The position numbers and the translations under genes were made by a program. DNA of 63,289 nt, counting the filler, from Phoronis australis (taxonomy: Eukaryota; Animalia; Phoronida), in assembly GCA_002633005.1 (NCBI GenBank). It is 5 parts of 5 records of this genome, joined end to end, with 100 filler letters (N's around TTAATTAATTAA, not from the genome) between each part and the next. Parts side by side here need not be neighbours in the genome. Positions count along the whole stretch, not along the records: positions 20,076 to 39,078 come from NMRA01001454.1; positions 39,179 to 44,817 come from NMRA01000412.1; positions 44,918 to 53,190 come from NMRA01001909.1; 2 more parts are not named here. One strand, written 5' to 3'. Below are positions 35,601 through 49,227 of this stretch, one piece after another (positions within the stretch are counted from its first letter, which is position 1; every line of letters begins with the position of its first letter). A model generated the notes under the pieces. It was given only the letters and a program-made list of their open reading frames with translations, made no database searches and was not told the origin of the DNA.

Positions 35601-35949
35601 CAGACAAAAAGCCATAAATGGGTGATACACCCTATGTCACGGATTTGGATCATACTATGCGGTGCAGTTTACCTTTTTATATTATATTACTAAAATGTAG
35701 TTTAAACAATTCCTACTCTGATAAATAATTTAAAAGTCGTGCAAATCAGTTTTCGCTCAGAATCAGTGTCAAATTTTAATATGAAATCTCATTTTTTGTG
35801 GTATTGTAAAAATTATAGAAGCTGCTGGACAGTGAAATAGTTTGTGTTTTGGATTAACTCATCCATGGTCTCTGTAATAATGATAAATAGAAATTGGAAA
35901 TATTGTCAGAAATTTCTGAGGATAACGGGGTCAAAGTAGCAAAAACACA

Positions 35950-36360
35950 GAATGCTGATAACAATTCTTTACGCAGCATTGTGAACAACAATTTTTGGGA
36001 ATAGCATTTCAAGCATTTTTTCATGACGATCCTTGGAAAGAACGCAAACTGAAACGCGACTATTGTAATGTCAGTTGAATTAAATGCAGTCAACCTTGTG
36101 TAGTAAAAGAGAACGTCTGTATACATATGTATTTATCTGATAACGATTCTTTACCCTGCACACTTTTCATGCATTTTTCCTGACGATTCTTGGAAAGAGT
36201 GTAATCTGAAACGCGACTGCCGTGATGTCGGTTGAATTAAATGTAACCAACCTTGCATGTATTTATCTGATAACGATTCTTTACTCTGCATTGAGAACAA
36301 CAATTTCGAGGCATAGTTTTCCATGCATTTTTTCATCACTGTTCCTGGAAAGAACGCAAA
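35950..36360. repeat. Diverged tandem repeat (~130-180 bp, ~3 units)
   Basis: CTGATAAC(A/G)ATTCTTTAC and CATTTTTTCATGACGAT..TGGAAAGA each recur three times. Confidence 0.6.
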
Positions 36361-37522
36361 CAGACACTCTTCGGCACTCAGTTACAGTAGCATAGAATAT
36401 GCATTTGAAAACTGCACTCGTCAGATATTGTCACTCAGCAGGATCGGATGTTTGAATGCATTATAGATGACTTTTATTCGCCGTTATTATGGAAATAAGA
36501 AAGTATGTGATCTAGTTTTTGAAATCAGGCACATTCTCGCGTCTCTCATTAATGTCGGGAAGGCAAAGAATTTTAGATAACGCATCCACGGGTATTTGTC
36601 CAGTTTATAAAACTTTCACGCCGGTGAACACTTAATACGTTAGCATAGAAAGAACGAATAGAGTAGTGCAACCGAGAAAAACTTGTTCAGAATCAGACAA
36701 CAACAAATAACATGTGAAACTCCAGTGGCTCGAAAACGAGAGACCAAATGTGCCCGACGAATGTTTACGGCATTGTGGGTAAATACAGCTAGATTCGAGT
36801 GTCGAGGTGTAATCCGGGACGTACCTATTGCCATGAACCTCAAGTATATAGTACTAACTATGTGATTTAATTCTACTAGGTATGTTTGCTTCGATAGTAC
36901 AGTTAACAGCGGAAAGCGATCGAGAAACAATCCTAATAAACTTCAGCACGTGCATTATACTCAAGTAAATAACCCCGGCATAAATCCTGAAGGTTACTGG
37001 AGTGATAGGCCTACTCTGACCTATTCAGTTCTGACTTTGGTGTTATTTTGAACTCGGGAGACGTTTTGTGTGCGTTAAAATATTGCCCTTCGTTATCTGT
37101 AGGATTCACAAAGGATTGTACGTAATACTCAAACATTAAACTAAGGCCGTAAGTTATTTTTAGAAATGCCATTGTTAGCTGTCTCGCCGGTTTTCGGATG
37201 TAGCGCAGCGTAGAAAACTCTAAAAAAGTTTCTCTTCTACTTTGAAATTTGAACACACATCTTATCCGAGTACACTGAGATTTTATCGCTTACTTCTCTC
37301 CGAGCCAGTTCTAAATGTCGTCTTGTCTTTTACGCTGGCATTTTCCTCCGCGATAATTCTGTTTCAAATTAACACTCACTGACGCCTTGCTACGCGAGGT
37401 TACCTAATTTTATAAGCACCTCCTCAGTCGTGATGGTCACGTGACACAACAACTCATTTCTCTGACTCCGGCAATTGTGCAAAAAGCCCATTAATTGGTC
37501 CAGTTTCATAAAGTTTAAGTAA

Positions 37523-37660
37523 GCAGTCGCGGATTTAGGGGGGGAGGGGGCAAGGGGGCAATGATTCCCAATAAAATTCTCCCAGATTCCATTTGGCAGC
37601 TCGGAGGTGCGAATGTCTGCCCTGCCCCCCCCCCTAACTCAAAATCCTGGATCCGCCCCT
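37523..37660. mobile_element. hAT-like MITE (CAGTGGCGGAT...ATCCGCCCCTG family); related ends at 34040-34136 and 56708-56999
   Basis: TIR CAGTCGCGGATTTAGG / CCTGGATCCGCCCCTG with internal G/C runs. Confidence 0.7.
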
Positions 37661-40600
37661 GTAAGTTGTAACATATTTGAACATATACCAATAGNNNNNN
37701 NNNNNNNNNNNNNNNNNNNNNNNNNNNNNNNNNNNNNNNNNNNNNNNNNNNNNNNNNNNNNNNNNNNNNNNNNNNNNNNNNNNNNNNNNNNNNNNNNNNN
37801 NNNNNNNNNNNNNNNNNNNNNNNNNNNNNNNNNNNNNNNNNNNNNNNNNNNNNNNNNNNNNNNNNNNNNNNNNNNNNNNNNNNNNNNNNNNNNNNNNNNN
37901 CTAACTCAAAATCCTGGATCCGCCCCTGTAAGTTGTAACATATTTGAACATATACCAATAGCATTTATGAAATCTTCGTCAAATGGGGATCACGTTTAGT
38001 TTTTTAATCGCCAAAATCGACCAACTGCAACCGAAATTACGACAATCTATTCTTTCCGAATACACCAATTCACTCTGAGTTTGACTGTGTTCACACGTGG
38101 TCTGTAATAAGTCTGGTAGATAATTGGCCTGACTGTTGTCATAACAGACAAAAGACTGCTTGGCAGTTAAAAAAGAAGCTAGATGTTATCACACGCTCAG
38201 AAGCCCCTACGTCTGGTAAAGACACTGAACGGGAGAATGCTCTCATGGTTATGCAACGTACGGCAAGTGAAGAACATTGAAGAGCTATGGCTCTATTTAA
38301 ACTATTGTTAGTGGTCAATAGTTGCAGAAGGTCGTACCTGCCACCCGATCGTTCGGTTTTACGTAACTATTATTGAGTAACAAAACAAAACACCTTTCTT
38401 GTTTGAACCAACGGAACACGTAATCCAGATTGAACTAACCGAAGGTGGCACTTTTAACGAAGTCATTTCTTCGTCCAGAAACACCGTGGACATAGTGAGT
38501 ACACTGTCTTTAAGACAATTACTGGTTATAGTCATTTACAACACTAATAACTGCACGTATTTCACTGGCTATAAAAGCCGTTCAGCTGTTGTGCGTCTCC
38601 AGGGGTTGTATACACCAAAGAAAGTAGTGCTATGCTACATTTTCCCCTCTTTTTTGTTATCAAACTACAAACCTTTTTGAACACAGTGTTAAACCTCGAC
38701 CGAAAAAAAAGAAAATCGTTTATTTTGTTTCTACCGTCTATGCTACTATCCTCGTTTCGAAGTGAGTTTTTTGTACATCAATTCAGGAACGATTCCTTAA
38801 AGCCTAACTTCAACAGAATTTTGTTACTTAAGATGTATTATGCTAACCAGGGAGCCCTAGCAAGCCTTAGTAAAATAAGAAAACGCGAGTTCAATCACGC
38901 AAGTGTAAGCCCGTCAAATGATAAGTGAAGCTGCCCTTCCGTGCCATGTTTCGTCACCTCGAGATCCCAGCACAAACAACAAAAGGTTGTATTGAATAGG
39001 GGTCTGAATAGAACACCATTGCGTGCGGGTGTTATTCGCAGCTGTTTGAATTAAAAGGTGATTCTCGCGGTGACGTAGNNNNNNNNNNNNNNNNNNNNNN
39101 NNNNNNNNNNNNNNNNNNNNNNTTAATTAATTAANNNNNNNNNNNNNNNNNNNNNNNNNNNNNNNNNNNNNNNNNNNNAATCGTTAAAATAATCACAAAC
39201 CTTACCTTTGTATGAGGTCGTGCTTACTTCCTCTCATAGAAGCACCCTTTTTACGCAATCTCAGATTCAGTTGGCACGGCTGCAAGCCATTTCACCATGT
39301 ATTTAAAGGGCTCGCGAAATCGAGGCTGTCAATCTATCACCACTAGTACACGCACGCCCTCTAGTTATTGTAGATTTTCCGTAACACAAAGTGTATTGTA
39401 TTTTATTTTTTACAATGTAAACTTTTTTTAAAAAATTTATTTCACGGGTATGGGAAAATACTATGAGGAAGGCATTATGGCATTGTCAATATTCACTGCT
39501 CACAAATCTAATTAAGGAAAAAATGTTCGGGCAGCAGGAAAACATTGTACGAATGACTGATTATAGGCCATAGTTCCAGGTCTCCTGTCTTTCACCTCCG
39601 TGGCTACTTTCTGGGCAACGGGAACTTTGCATTAAAGCCATCTACAGATGTTCAAAAGTGAATTTCAAAAAAGTTCCCAAGAATACACTTGCACGCTTAG
39701 TAAGAATTCTAATTTAAAAGTTGGAAAAAAACTCTATTAACATGTTAGCCACCAGGTGTCTGTACAAAATGATCCGGGAAAATATTGTGTCCATACCTTT
39801 CCCCTTCAAGGGTCGTCTGCTTGGCATGAAATATTCATCAGAGGACAGTCAGCTGATGTTATCCTGCTGGCTTAGCTAGCTTGTTTAGTGCTACTGGTCG
39901 ACTACATTGGATAGTATTAATTCTTAGATGGGTGTGCAAGTAATAGGCAATTACGAAGGGCCAAGGCTAAAAAACCAACAGGCAGCAGTTAGGAATTGAG
40001 GAAAGCCAAATCGTACTGAAACAATTCTTGGCACATTCCTGAATCATTTTGTGTTTCGCAAAGAACAGTTTTGGGACAGCTAGGACTCTGCTGAAACCGT
40101 GAATTATTGAACGAGTGTGTGACTTAACAATAGACTGGCAAGATGTCTGCCCCTTGCAGCATTCACGTGTCAGGTTCTGCTCTAATTTCTGAGCTGGAAT
40201 TTTCAAATATTACCTGGACAAATGCTACTGCAAACAAACGTATCAACATTGAGTTCAAGAGAAGTATCATTGCTGATAAGCTTTTAATGTTTTTTGTGAA
40301 AAAACAGAGCTCTTGTCATTCGCGCACCCAGAGGTGGGGGGCTCGCAGGCTTGAACGAGCCTTCCCCATTTGGTAAAGTGGGTAAAAAGGTCAGCCTCAG
40401 AGAAACAATAACTCCGAAAAAGTAGAAAACGAGACAAAAGTTCACTAAAAAGGCAGGAACTACCAAAATTCCTCGAACGCACAGTTCGTAGCTCTGAAGT
40501 ACACCGTGAATCTTAATAAATGTCCACATTCTCAAAAACTTGAGCCGCCCCATTTTTAGGCTTGATGCGAGCATGCTTCGATCGCAAGCAGTGTTACAGA

Positions 40601-40917
40601 CACTTAACGGATGTAACAAAATTGAAAGAGGTCTTAAAAATGAAAAAGACCAAGCTGATGATGGAAATAATGTTGAGTCCACTAGAAAATTAAGGAGATT
40701 GTCACTATCAGTTACATGTACATTTAACAGTGCTCAAAGAAATAAACCGTATATGTGTTGCCACCACAATGAACCATTTGCCACAAATCAAATTTCATCA
40801 CAGGGGAACTTCACAAACAAAAGAAAAGTTGAAAAACTATCCCAGTTCCAAACATTCAGTTGTAAATAGTCCTACCTATTCTTAATTTGACATTTATGGT
40901 AAATAATCTTTAGTTTA

Positions 40918-42736
40918 AAAGCATGAAAATTTTGAAACATCCAGTTGAGAAAACAGTCTAATACTGGAATTAAAACTTACAAAAATTAGCGACGTTGCGT
41001 CCGCATCTCATGGACTTCAGCTTGGCTTGTGACGTTATCGTTATTCTGGCCAATTGGTAGCGTTTTCGGAAAACGGCGCGGCATTGACGTAAGTACACCA
41101 TCCCATACGTGTGACAAATCGAATCTTAAACCGCCTCTTTTATTTAAAGAGAGACTCTCAGTGCGCTCATGGAGAGCTTCCTTTACACCCCTTTTGAACC
41201 AGTCTTCCTCACAGTCTAAGATGCTAACATCACCCGTATTGAAATCATGGCCAGTAGCGCACATGTGGCTAAAAATAGCCGAATCATAAGTGTCCCCGTA
41301 ACAGGGACGATGTTGTGACATACCCATTTTAATGGACTGTTTCGTTTCACCAATGTAACTATCTGAGCACTGGTGATCCTTACACTTGACACCATAGACA
41401 ACACATGATTTATTCACCTTGGGGGTCTTGTCCTTGATATTAACCAGTTGGCTGGGGAGAGAATTAATGGGCTTGTGGATAATAGAAATGTCAAACTTTT
41501 TAAATGTCCTCTTGAGGCGGTCAGATAGGCCCTAGACGTAACGGGAATCACCACACGAGTAGGAGTACTAACAGTAGTGGTTGTCTGATTGTTTACTTTT
41601 CTCCTCTCAGTTCTTTCCGCTTTGGTGAACGACCAACGTGGATAACCGCATTTGGCAAGAGCATCTTTAGTGTAATTCAGTTCCTCAGAAACGGTCGAAG
41701 GATCACAAATGAATGATGGTGTTAGCTCTGTGGTTCAAAGTGCGAATCACACCCAGCTTGTGCATGAGAGGATGGTTCGAGTCAAATTGAAGATAGTGGT
41801 CAGTGTGAGTATTCTTGCGGTAAACCTTTGTGTCAAATGATCGGTCCTGTTTAATGGAGCTAAACAGTCAAGAAAAAGTAGCTTGCCATCTTTACAAGGT
41901 TCCTGGGTAAATTTGATGTCAGGGTCAAACTCATTAATGAACTTGAAGAAAGCAGAGAGTTCATTCTTGCGAATAATAACAAACGTGTCGTCAAGATATC
42001 TCAACCACAATCTAGGGAGGTAGCCAGGATATTGACTAAGAATGAGCTGTTCGAAGACCTCCATATACAGGTTTGCTACTATGGGAGATACGGGCGAGCC
42101 CATAGCACATCCATGCTGTTGAATGTACTGCAACTGGTTAAACACAAAATAAGTAGTGTTCAGGCATAACAACGAAAGTTCACAGACTTGAGCAACTAAC
42201 AGGGAACATCTCGAATCGAGGTCTGGGTCTTTGGCACGGAAATCCTCAGCAATGGACAGAGCATCTTGAGGAGGAATACTAGTAAACAGGGCAGTAACAT
42301 CAAACGACGTTATTATCTCATCCGGTTCCAGAACAAAATTCTTTAGTTCGTTCACAAAATATTGACAACATGATGGAGGGTGTTCCCAACAAGAGGGCTC
42401 AAAATACTGGCAACATGTTTAACGATGTTGTAAGTTACTGATCCACAGAACGCGGGAGCAGTAGGTTCACTGGGAGGGAATAATCTAAACTTAATTGCAT
42501 CATTGAAATCCCCCTTCTGATGTAGAGAGTTCACTAATTGTACCGCCTTCTTCCTAAACCCGTGGGTGGGGTTGTAGTTGTTAGATCAGTGAGTCATAGC
42601 ATCATTTAGTAAACTTAGTCTAGACGCCAGAATAACGATAACGTCACAAGCCATGCTGAAGTCCGTGAGATGTGGACGCAATGTCGCTAAATTTTGTAAG
42701 TTTTAATTCCAGTATTAGACTCAAACTTGATCTGTC
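40918..42736 (-). mobile_element. 5'-truncated Penelope-like element (RT + GIY-YIG endonuclease) with inverted pLTR copies and a 13-bp candidate TSD
   Basis: RT motifs SFDVTALFTSIP, GCAMGSPVSPIVANLYME and RYLDDTF (41747-42355). GIY-YIG VVYGVKC...SYIGETKQ...EEDWFKRGVKEA...LNKRGG (40986-41417). 96-bp inverted repeat 40955-41050 / 42626-42721. AATCTTTAGTTTA at 40905-40917 and 42737-42749. Confidence 0.9.
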
Positions 42737-43134
42737 AATCTTTAGTTTAGGTCACAGAACAAAAATAATTTTGCTTGATAAATTTGCTGTAATATTCGTC
42801 TCAATCTCAAATGTACAGTCAGTAGTTTTTACCAATATGTGAGTGATCAGCACTGCTTTTTATGAACTTCTAAGCCTATTTTGAGACCCTCTATGTAAAA
42901 TCATGAGCAGTGTTTGGAATTTGAGAAATATAAAAATGTAAATATTGCATGTGTTTTTTAATTTATTTATCTTGAAAATTCAAATGTTGTGCAGATATCA
43001 GTATCTCATATTTTGAAAATTCTTGATTTGGAGTTCTTAGCGAAGGAAAATTTTATGAGCTATTTAAAACAGGAAGCGTCAAATGAAATTTTCGCTCTAC
43101 GAGAAAGAAGACGCTTTTCAATTTCAAACAAAAA

Positions 43135-44817
43135 CTACGGTGATGTCTGTAAGTGACGCACTCATGAATCACTCGTCGGGCGAGGTTGGTGTCTCCAACT
43201 AACCAATACATTTTCCGAACCTCGAATGCTGTTCTGAGATGCCCTCCATAAAGAGCAAGCCTGTGCTTCTCGCGTACAATCAGTAGGCTGATGGCGTATG
43301 TCATAAGAAACAGGGTCTCTGTTGAGGCGGCCTCTGACACAATAGACCATTTCATCTTCGTCGAAGAAAGGGTTCAATTTCATCACGTTCGGGTCGCTAA
43401 AGTCGATTTCACGCTGAGCACAACGGATCCAATATAATTTAGCTTCTTTCATGCTCGCTTGGGACGGCCACTGTGTTACTTGAGTTAGTAGCTGCTTCAG
43501 CCGCTTAGACCTAGGTAGGTCTTTCAGAGACAGGATACGGGCAGTCACCATCAGTAAACGTGACCAGCAGGAAAAGCTCTTAGGGTCGACGAATGGAGTA
43601 TCGGTGAACTTGGCTGCATAAGACTGTGCTTTACGGGCGTGAAATTTCTTCTGTTCGCAGTCATCTGGGATCACAATCTTCTTGGGTGTCGTGGGCCACT
43701 GGTCTGGTGGAAATCTCAGGTATTTGGGGCCATTGATGACTTGCTGCATCTCTGTAACAGTACATCCACGTGATACGATATCGATGATGTTCTGTTTGCC
43801 AGGTACAAACCCCACTTCTGTCACAGGATCGAAAGCAGTCGTGATCTCTCCCACATGGTGGGCTACGTACGATTTATATCATTTTGACTGGCCACGTAAC
43901 CAACAAATGGCGGTAAGCCTGTCAGTCCAGATCCTCCTGTATGCCACTTCGAATATCAAAGCGTTCTCTATAGTCACCATCAGACGAGACAGAAGTAAGA
44001 TGGCTTGAAGCTCTTTCCTTGGCATACTGGACTGTTTCAAAGGGGTGAGCCTGGACCTCGCACATACGAATGTCAACTCTGCTTCATCGTCACATGAATT
44101 TGACCAACGAAGCCAAACACCCATTCCCATGGCATCTTCCGAAGCATCACTGGCCCCATGAAGAGAAACTTGGGGCAACGGTTGACATCTCAGCTTCACA
44201 GGAGCTGGCGTCTTGCAGATCTCCGTTAATTCTCTACAGAATAGTGTAAAGTTCGGTTTTTCGGTTAAGAGGGGTATCCCAGTCCATTTCAAATTCCCAC
44301 AATTTTTGCAACAAAATTATGGGCCGGACCAGCATCCCAGACAGCATACCCAACACGTCTTAATATGAAGCTGTTCGTTGTAAAATATTCCGCTTGGTCG
44401 CAGAAGACACTTCACCCATAACAGCTTTCACGCTAAGTGTGTCCGTCGGTAAGTTCCACTGTGTACCCAGAGCCAATACCTTGTCATCTGCCGGGTAGAA
44501 ATCGAGATCACAAACTGATTTCTCGTTTGACAACCATTCCTTATAGCAAATTTACTCTTCCCAAGGGTGTCGATGAGTCTCTATTTCAGCCGCTTCACTT
44601 CTTGTGCCGTCCTGCGTGACTCGCTAAGATCATAAACGTAGAACTGGTTGTGGACGACCTGTTGGAGGTCCTCGTCGTCCGGTGCGTTTTCAGCGACGAC
44701 ATGGTGCAGAGCAAAGATAGCTGCTGTTGGCGATGGTTTGTTCCCAAACGTCAAGGTTGTCAATTCATAGACCTGGATTGGCTCGCTTGGATGTTTTCGG
44801 AAGACGTACTGATGGAA
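43135..44817 (-). mobile_element. BEL/Pao LTR retrotransposon pol fragment (RT end, Pao RNase H/peptidase A17, integrase zinc finger), decayed
   Basis: TFGNKPSP...QFYVYDL; LHGASDASEDAMG..VWLR...FVCARSRLTPLK..SMPRKELQA; WTD...ICWL; FVPGKQN..DIVSRG; LNPFFDED...VRGRL; YWLVG...RVIHECVT. Runs into a linker at 44818. Confidence 0.9.
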
Positions 44818-44937
44818 NNNNNNNNNNNNNNNNNNNNNNNNNNNNNNNNNNNNNNNNNNNNTTAATTAATTAANNNNNNNNNNNNNNNNNNNNNNNNNNN
44901 NNNNNNNNNNNNNNNNNGATTGGATCATTAATGAGGT

Positions 44938-46212
44938 CACACGGCAAGATCAAAGTTGAAAGACGTCATTTTGAGACCTTTTTCCCGCCTAAAGTTTTTT
45001 TGACCCCGATTTCAAAACTTCTATCATCGTTGGATAGCCTTTTACTTACTGACTCCAAAAAGGTAAGTCGCCACTTCTGGTGACCCCTAATAAGGTCACG
45101 GCAGAGGACTATATTTGCAAAATTGGGGGGGTTGTCTGTGACGTTGACCTTAAACCTTGACCCCGCAGGAGTCAGGGACCTACAAATAAGACACATTTGA
45201 AAACTTGCCCTTAACCTTGCTTTGAAAATGTCCTGGTTTGGTAGCTTTCAGGTTATTGGTGGTGAAGATATGACTTCGAAAAACCGTAGTTCATCTTGGC
45301 ACAACTTTTCTGATATTGTGAAGGGGGTATGTGAGTTTGGGGCACTCCTGGGCCCTTACTAAGGCCAAGAAAAGTATGATACCTACATTTGTAGAGGGGG
45401 GAGACAAGAGACTATTAGATGCACAAGGAATTTTTAAAATCAAAGACAAAAAGGTTTTCGACCAAAAAAAACCTAGGCCTATAGTTCAGAGGTTTTTGGG
45501 GGCCGAAAAATTTTTTGTCTCCAATTACAAAAATTGTTTCCCAGATGGACGAGGAATGCCGAGAAACTAAGGCCTACCAAGTTTGAGTTCGATTGGATCA
45601 TTNNNNNNNNNNNNNNNNNNNNNNNNNNNNNNNNNNNNNNNNNNNNNNNNNNNNNNNNNNNNNNNNNNNNGTAGTCTGTGACGTTGACCTTAAACCTTGA
45701 CCCCGCAGGAGACAGGGACCTACAAATAAGACGCATTTGAAAACTTGCCCTTAACCTTGCTTTGAAAATGTCCCGGTTTGGTAGCTTTCAGGTTATTGGT
45801 GATGAAGATATGACTTCGAAAAACCGTAGTTCATCTTGGCACAACTTTTCTGACATTGTGAAGGGGGTATGTGAGTTTGGGGCACTCCTGGGCCCTTACT
45901 AAGGCCAAGAAAAGTATGATACCTACATTTGTAGAGGGGGGAGACAAGGGGCTATTAGATGCACAAAGAATATTTTTGTCTCCAATTACAAAAATTGTTT
46001 CCCAGATGGACGAGGAATGCCGAGAAACTAAGGCCTACCAAGTTTGAGTTCGATTGCATCATTAATGAGGTCACACGGCAAGATCAAAATTTAAAGACTT
46101 CATTTTGAGACCTTTTTCCCGCCTAAAATTTTTTTGACCCCGATTTCAAAACTTCTTTCATCGTTGGATAGCCTTTTACTTACTGACTCCAAAAACGTAA
46201 GTCGCCACTTCT
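44938..46212. repeat. Long-unit (~650 bp) tandem repeat, at least 2 near-identical copies
   Basis: GATTGGATCATTAATGAGGTCACACGGCAAGATC start at 44938, 45591 (cut by gap) and 46052; 45135-45430 is almost identical to 45675-45970. Confidence 0.85.
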
Positions 46213-47049
46213 GTTCAAAAATACCACCGAGAGCAAGATCAGGTTCGTGTAGTTGCGAGATATTCCGTTTCCGCAAGTTTCTAGTCTCTGTGGATCATGG
46301 AACACATTGTGTTACTGTAGCTGGATTGCGTAGTAAAAAGGAACACATCAAAAAGCTTTACACGTCGGTTTCGGTCTTTAGGGTATCGTATCATTCCCGT
46401 GCGGTTATGCTCACAGACCAGATTTCAGGGCGATTATATCTGTTTTTGCGCACGTGCTAGCTGTGCTTACAATAGCACAGTCAGATGCAGGGAATGGGGC
46501 CTGTTAAGAGGCGTTTCTGATAAGTTTGGTATGTTTCAGTAACTATAGATAGCATTTTTAAGCTTTTAATTCGATTTAAATAAATTCTGCTTTCGGTCAA
46601 TTTAGCTCTCAGTAAAATGAAAAATGGCGTACGTTAAGTTCGTAGTTAAAATATATAAGCAAACGCGGACCTGTTAGGCCACCTCGATTGAATGAAGACG
46701 CCCTGGGCAGTGTATCACCGATCTGCACACAATGATGAATATGGGTTCATATATTAACATTGGTTCGAAAGATTGTGGGTCAGAAAGGTTTTAACAATAA
46801 AAAAGGGTTGGGTGAATTTGATGTTCGTAGGATTTGAAATTGTATTCTATAAACGTTCCTTTAGTTTTATCGTGTCTTCAGCGGCGCACTGTACGACTCG
46901 ACCCATCCCAATCCAACAACAGTCTCCGATCGTTTGCAGTAGGCCTAAACATGAAGAACGACAGTGATTCTGAGTCCGGCACGCTTCTTCAACAATTCAG
47001 ACTACTAGAGCGACGAACCGTCATTTGAAACTGCTCATTTTGCTACCAT

Positions 47050-47965
47050 TATGATCTTTGTAATCTATTTTGGATAATTGTTCATAGAAATGTAAAAATA
47101 GCATTTAAATTATTTGACTCTATGGTGGCACCTATTCTGTCTTGTGGTGCAGAATTGTGGGGTACAACCCACAGAAAAACAGTAGAAAGTGTTCAGCTTG
47201 CGTTTATGAATGGTCATTACATACAGGTATCAAGACAACAAATGTTATTGCAAAAGGTGAATGTGGAAGTTTTGATTTGTGTGTGACACTATATTGGCAA
47301 ACCCATTACGTACTATTTGAAATTGTTGAAAATAAATGACGATAGATTGCCAAGCCAACATAATGCTGCGTGAAAACGATTTGAAAGATAAAAAAACTGG
47401 AGCACCCAAATAAGAAATGTGTCACGTTTTTCCCCGTGTGCGGGTGGGCGCAGGTTGTTACAGACCGGTGCTAATAGCTTTCGGTGCGAAGATTGACTGA
47501 AGACTGGTTCGAGTTAATCCTTTATTAATCCTGGCCGTACGTTCACAAGCCTACTCAAACAAAACGTCCGACGTAATGTCTGTTTATGCTCCAGCCAGTG
47601 CTGCGAAGCCTTGACTTGCGTTGAACTTCTGAGATACTTCCAGCAACTGTTACACTCGTTGATTCAATAACCTGCTGTCTCTATAGCTGGCTCTCTATTG
47701 ACTATCGCTGTAACTGTAATTGTGGTCGTCTTCACGTGCAAATATAATTTTTACAGTTCAATTAAATCTGAGTTAACACGTGATAAGTACTGATGAGGTA
47801 ACCTGTCTTTAAATCAAGTATTTGCAAATTTGACGTGTTCGAAGCATCATCTTATGATTGAGGTGGGTAGAAGAAACAATGTACTTCGACCAGAAAGAAT
47901 TTGTAAAGTTTATAACACTGATGAAATTGAAACAGAGATATAGTTTTTATTCGATTGTCCTGTCC
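47050..47965 (+). mobile_element. Decayed LINE (L2/RTEX-type) ORF2 C-terminal fragment with a ~365-bp insertion (47420-47785, possible solo LTR)
   Basis: LFDSMVAPILS..AELWG, TTNVIAKGECG, HHLMIEVGRRNNVLRPERICKV...ETE. The insertion has TGTCACG...CGTGATA termini but no clear TSD. Confidence 0.6.
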
Positions 47966-48214
47966 TTGCAGACCAGACCTACCGAAATATCTGGTACCAC
48001 AATGTACTGTTATAAATAGAAACATTAAGGCACCCTTAGGTTCAGATTCTATGTATGTTTTAAAGTCCTTCTTGACAACTGCCCATGTGGTTCCAGTATC
48101 CGAAAATACTTACTACATAAAATCTTATTTTCGACACCCTTTATTTATATTCTTTTCGCCTTTCTTGTCAAAAGCCATTTTTGAACAGTATTTGACCCTT
48201 CTCTCTGAGCGTAN

Positions 48215-48452
48215 AGGTAAACGTAAAAAAATAAAATTGCCACTAGGGGACACACCGGTAATCGGATTAGTTCGAAAGTTCCCTTATGCCGTCTCATTCA
48301 TGAAAGGAACAAATGTGCAAAATTTCATGAACAAACCCTAATTGGTTTTGGAGATAGAGCATCGGACGCCGGACGTCGGACGCCGGACGGACGCAAGACG
48401 GACGCAGATGATGGCATAATGCTTCCACATATATTTATGTGGGCGCATAAAA
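48215..48452 (-). mobile_element. 5' fragment of a family C HINE
   Basis: GGACG repeats then GGCATAATGCTTCCACATATATTTATGTGGGCGCATAAAAA. Confidence 0.75.
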
Positions 48453-48868
48453 ATAGGCGTTACAGCGCCGTCTTGCGTCCGATTTCACTTAAAAATAAAA
48501 AGCTCCACTTAAGCTCTTGTTGAGTTACATGATTTGGGTAAATTTCACGTATTTTGGTTGCGGGCATGTCGGGAAAGATCTAGAATGCATACAGTTCTAG
48601 AATCCTGCCACGAAAACTGGACTGACGCCTGAAAAACACGTGTTGTGTGAAAATTTTATGTCGACCTGAGAAGTGAAGCCTGTCTCGAGCGGTCTAAAGT
48701 AAGGAAGTAAGCGAGTGCACTCACTACATGATACAGTAACATACTTGGCGAATTTCGTTTGGCCAATTAGTTATTGTGAAGTAGACTATTCTAATGATCC
48801 TGGACCCCTAAATCCTGCGTGTCAATAGTTTTTTCACAGTTTCCTCGCAAGTACGTGGTGTTAATAAC

Positions 48869-49227
48869 AACTCAGTTGAAACATTGGCACCGACTCTGCC
48901 ATGGTGGTTTTCCGCTCTAGGGAGACGTTCTTGCTAGAGCATGACTGCGTTGAAGCAAACTCAGTTGAAACATTGGCACCGACTCTGCCACGGTGGTTTT
49001 CCGCTCTAGGGAGACGTTATTGCTAGAGCGTGACTGCGTTGAAGCAAACTCAGTTGAAACATTGGCACCGACTCTGCCACGGCGTTTTCCGCTCTAGGGA
49101 GACGTTCTTGCTAGAGCGTGACTGCGTTGAAGCAAACTCAGTTGAAACATTGGCACCGACTCTGCCACGGTGGTTTTCCCGCTCTAGGGAGACGTTCTTG
49201 CTAGAGAGTGACTGCGTTGAAGCAAAC
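48869..49227. repeat. 88-89-bp minisatellite, 4 copies
   Basis: AACTCAGTTGAAACATTGGCACCGACTCTGCCACGGTGGTTTTCCGCTCTAGGGAGACGTTCTTGCTAGAGCGTGACTGCGTTGAAGCA repeated head to tail. Confidence 0.95.

Noticed and set aside
37635-37960. 60-bp exact direct repeat on both sides of a gap
   Set aside because: Typical overlapping contig ends (assembly artefact).
48869-49227. CRISPR-like array; contains GAGTCGGTGCC (minus strand) reminiscent of a tracrRNA hairpin
   Set aside because: Units are identical end to end with no unique spacers, there are no cas genes, and the context is eukaryotic; the short match is expected by chance.
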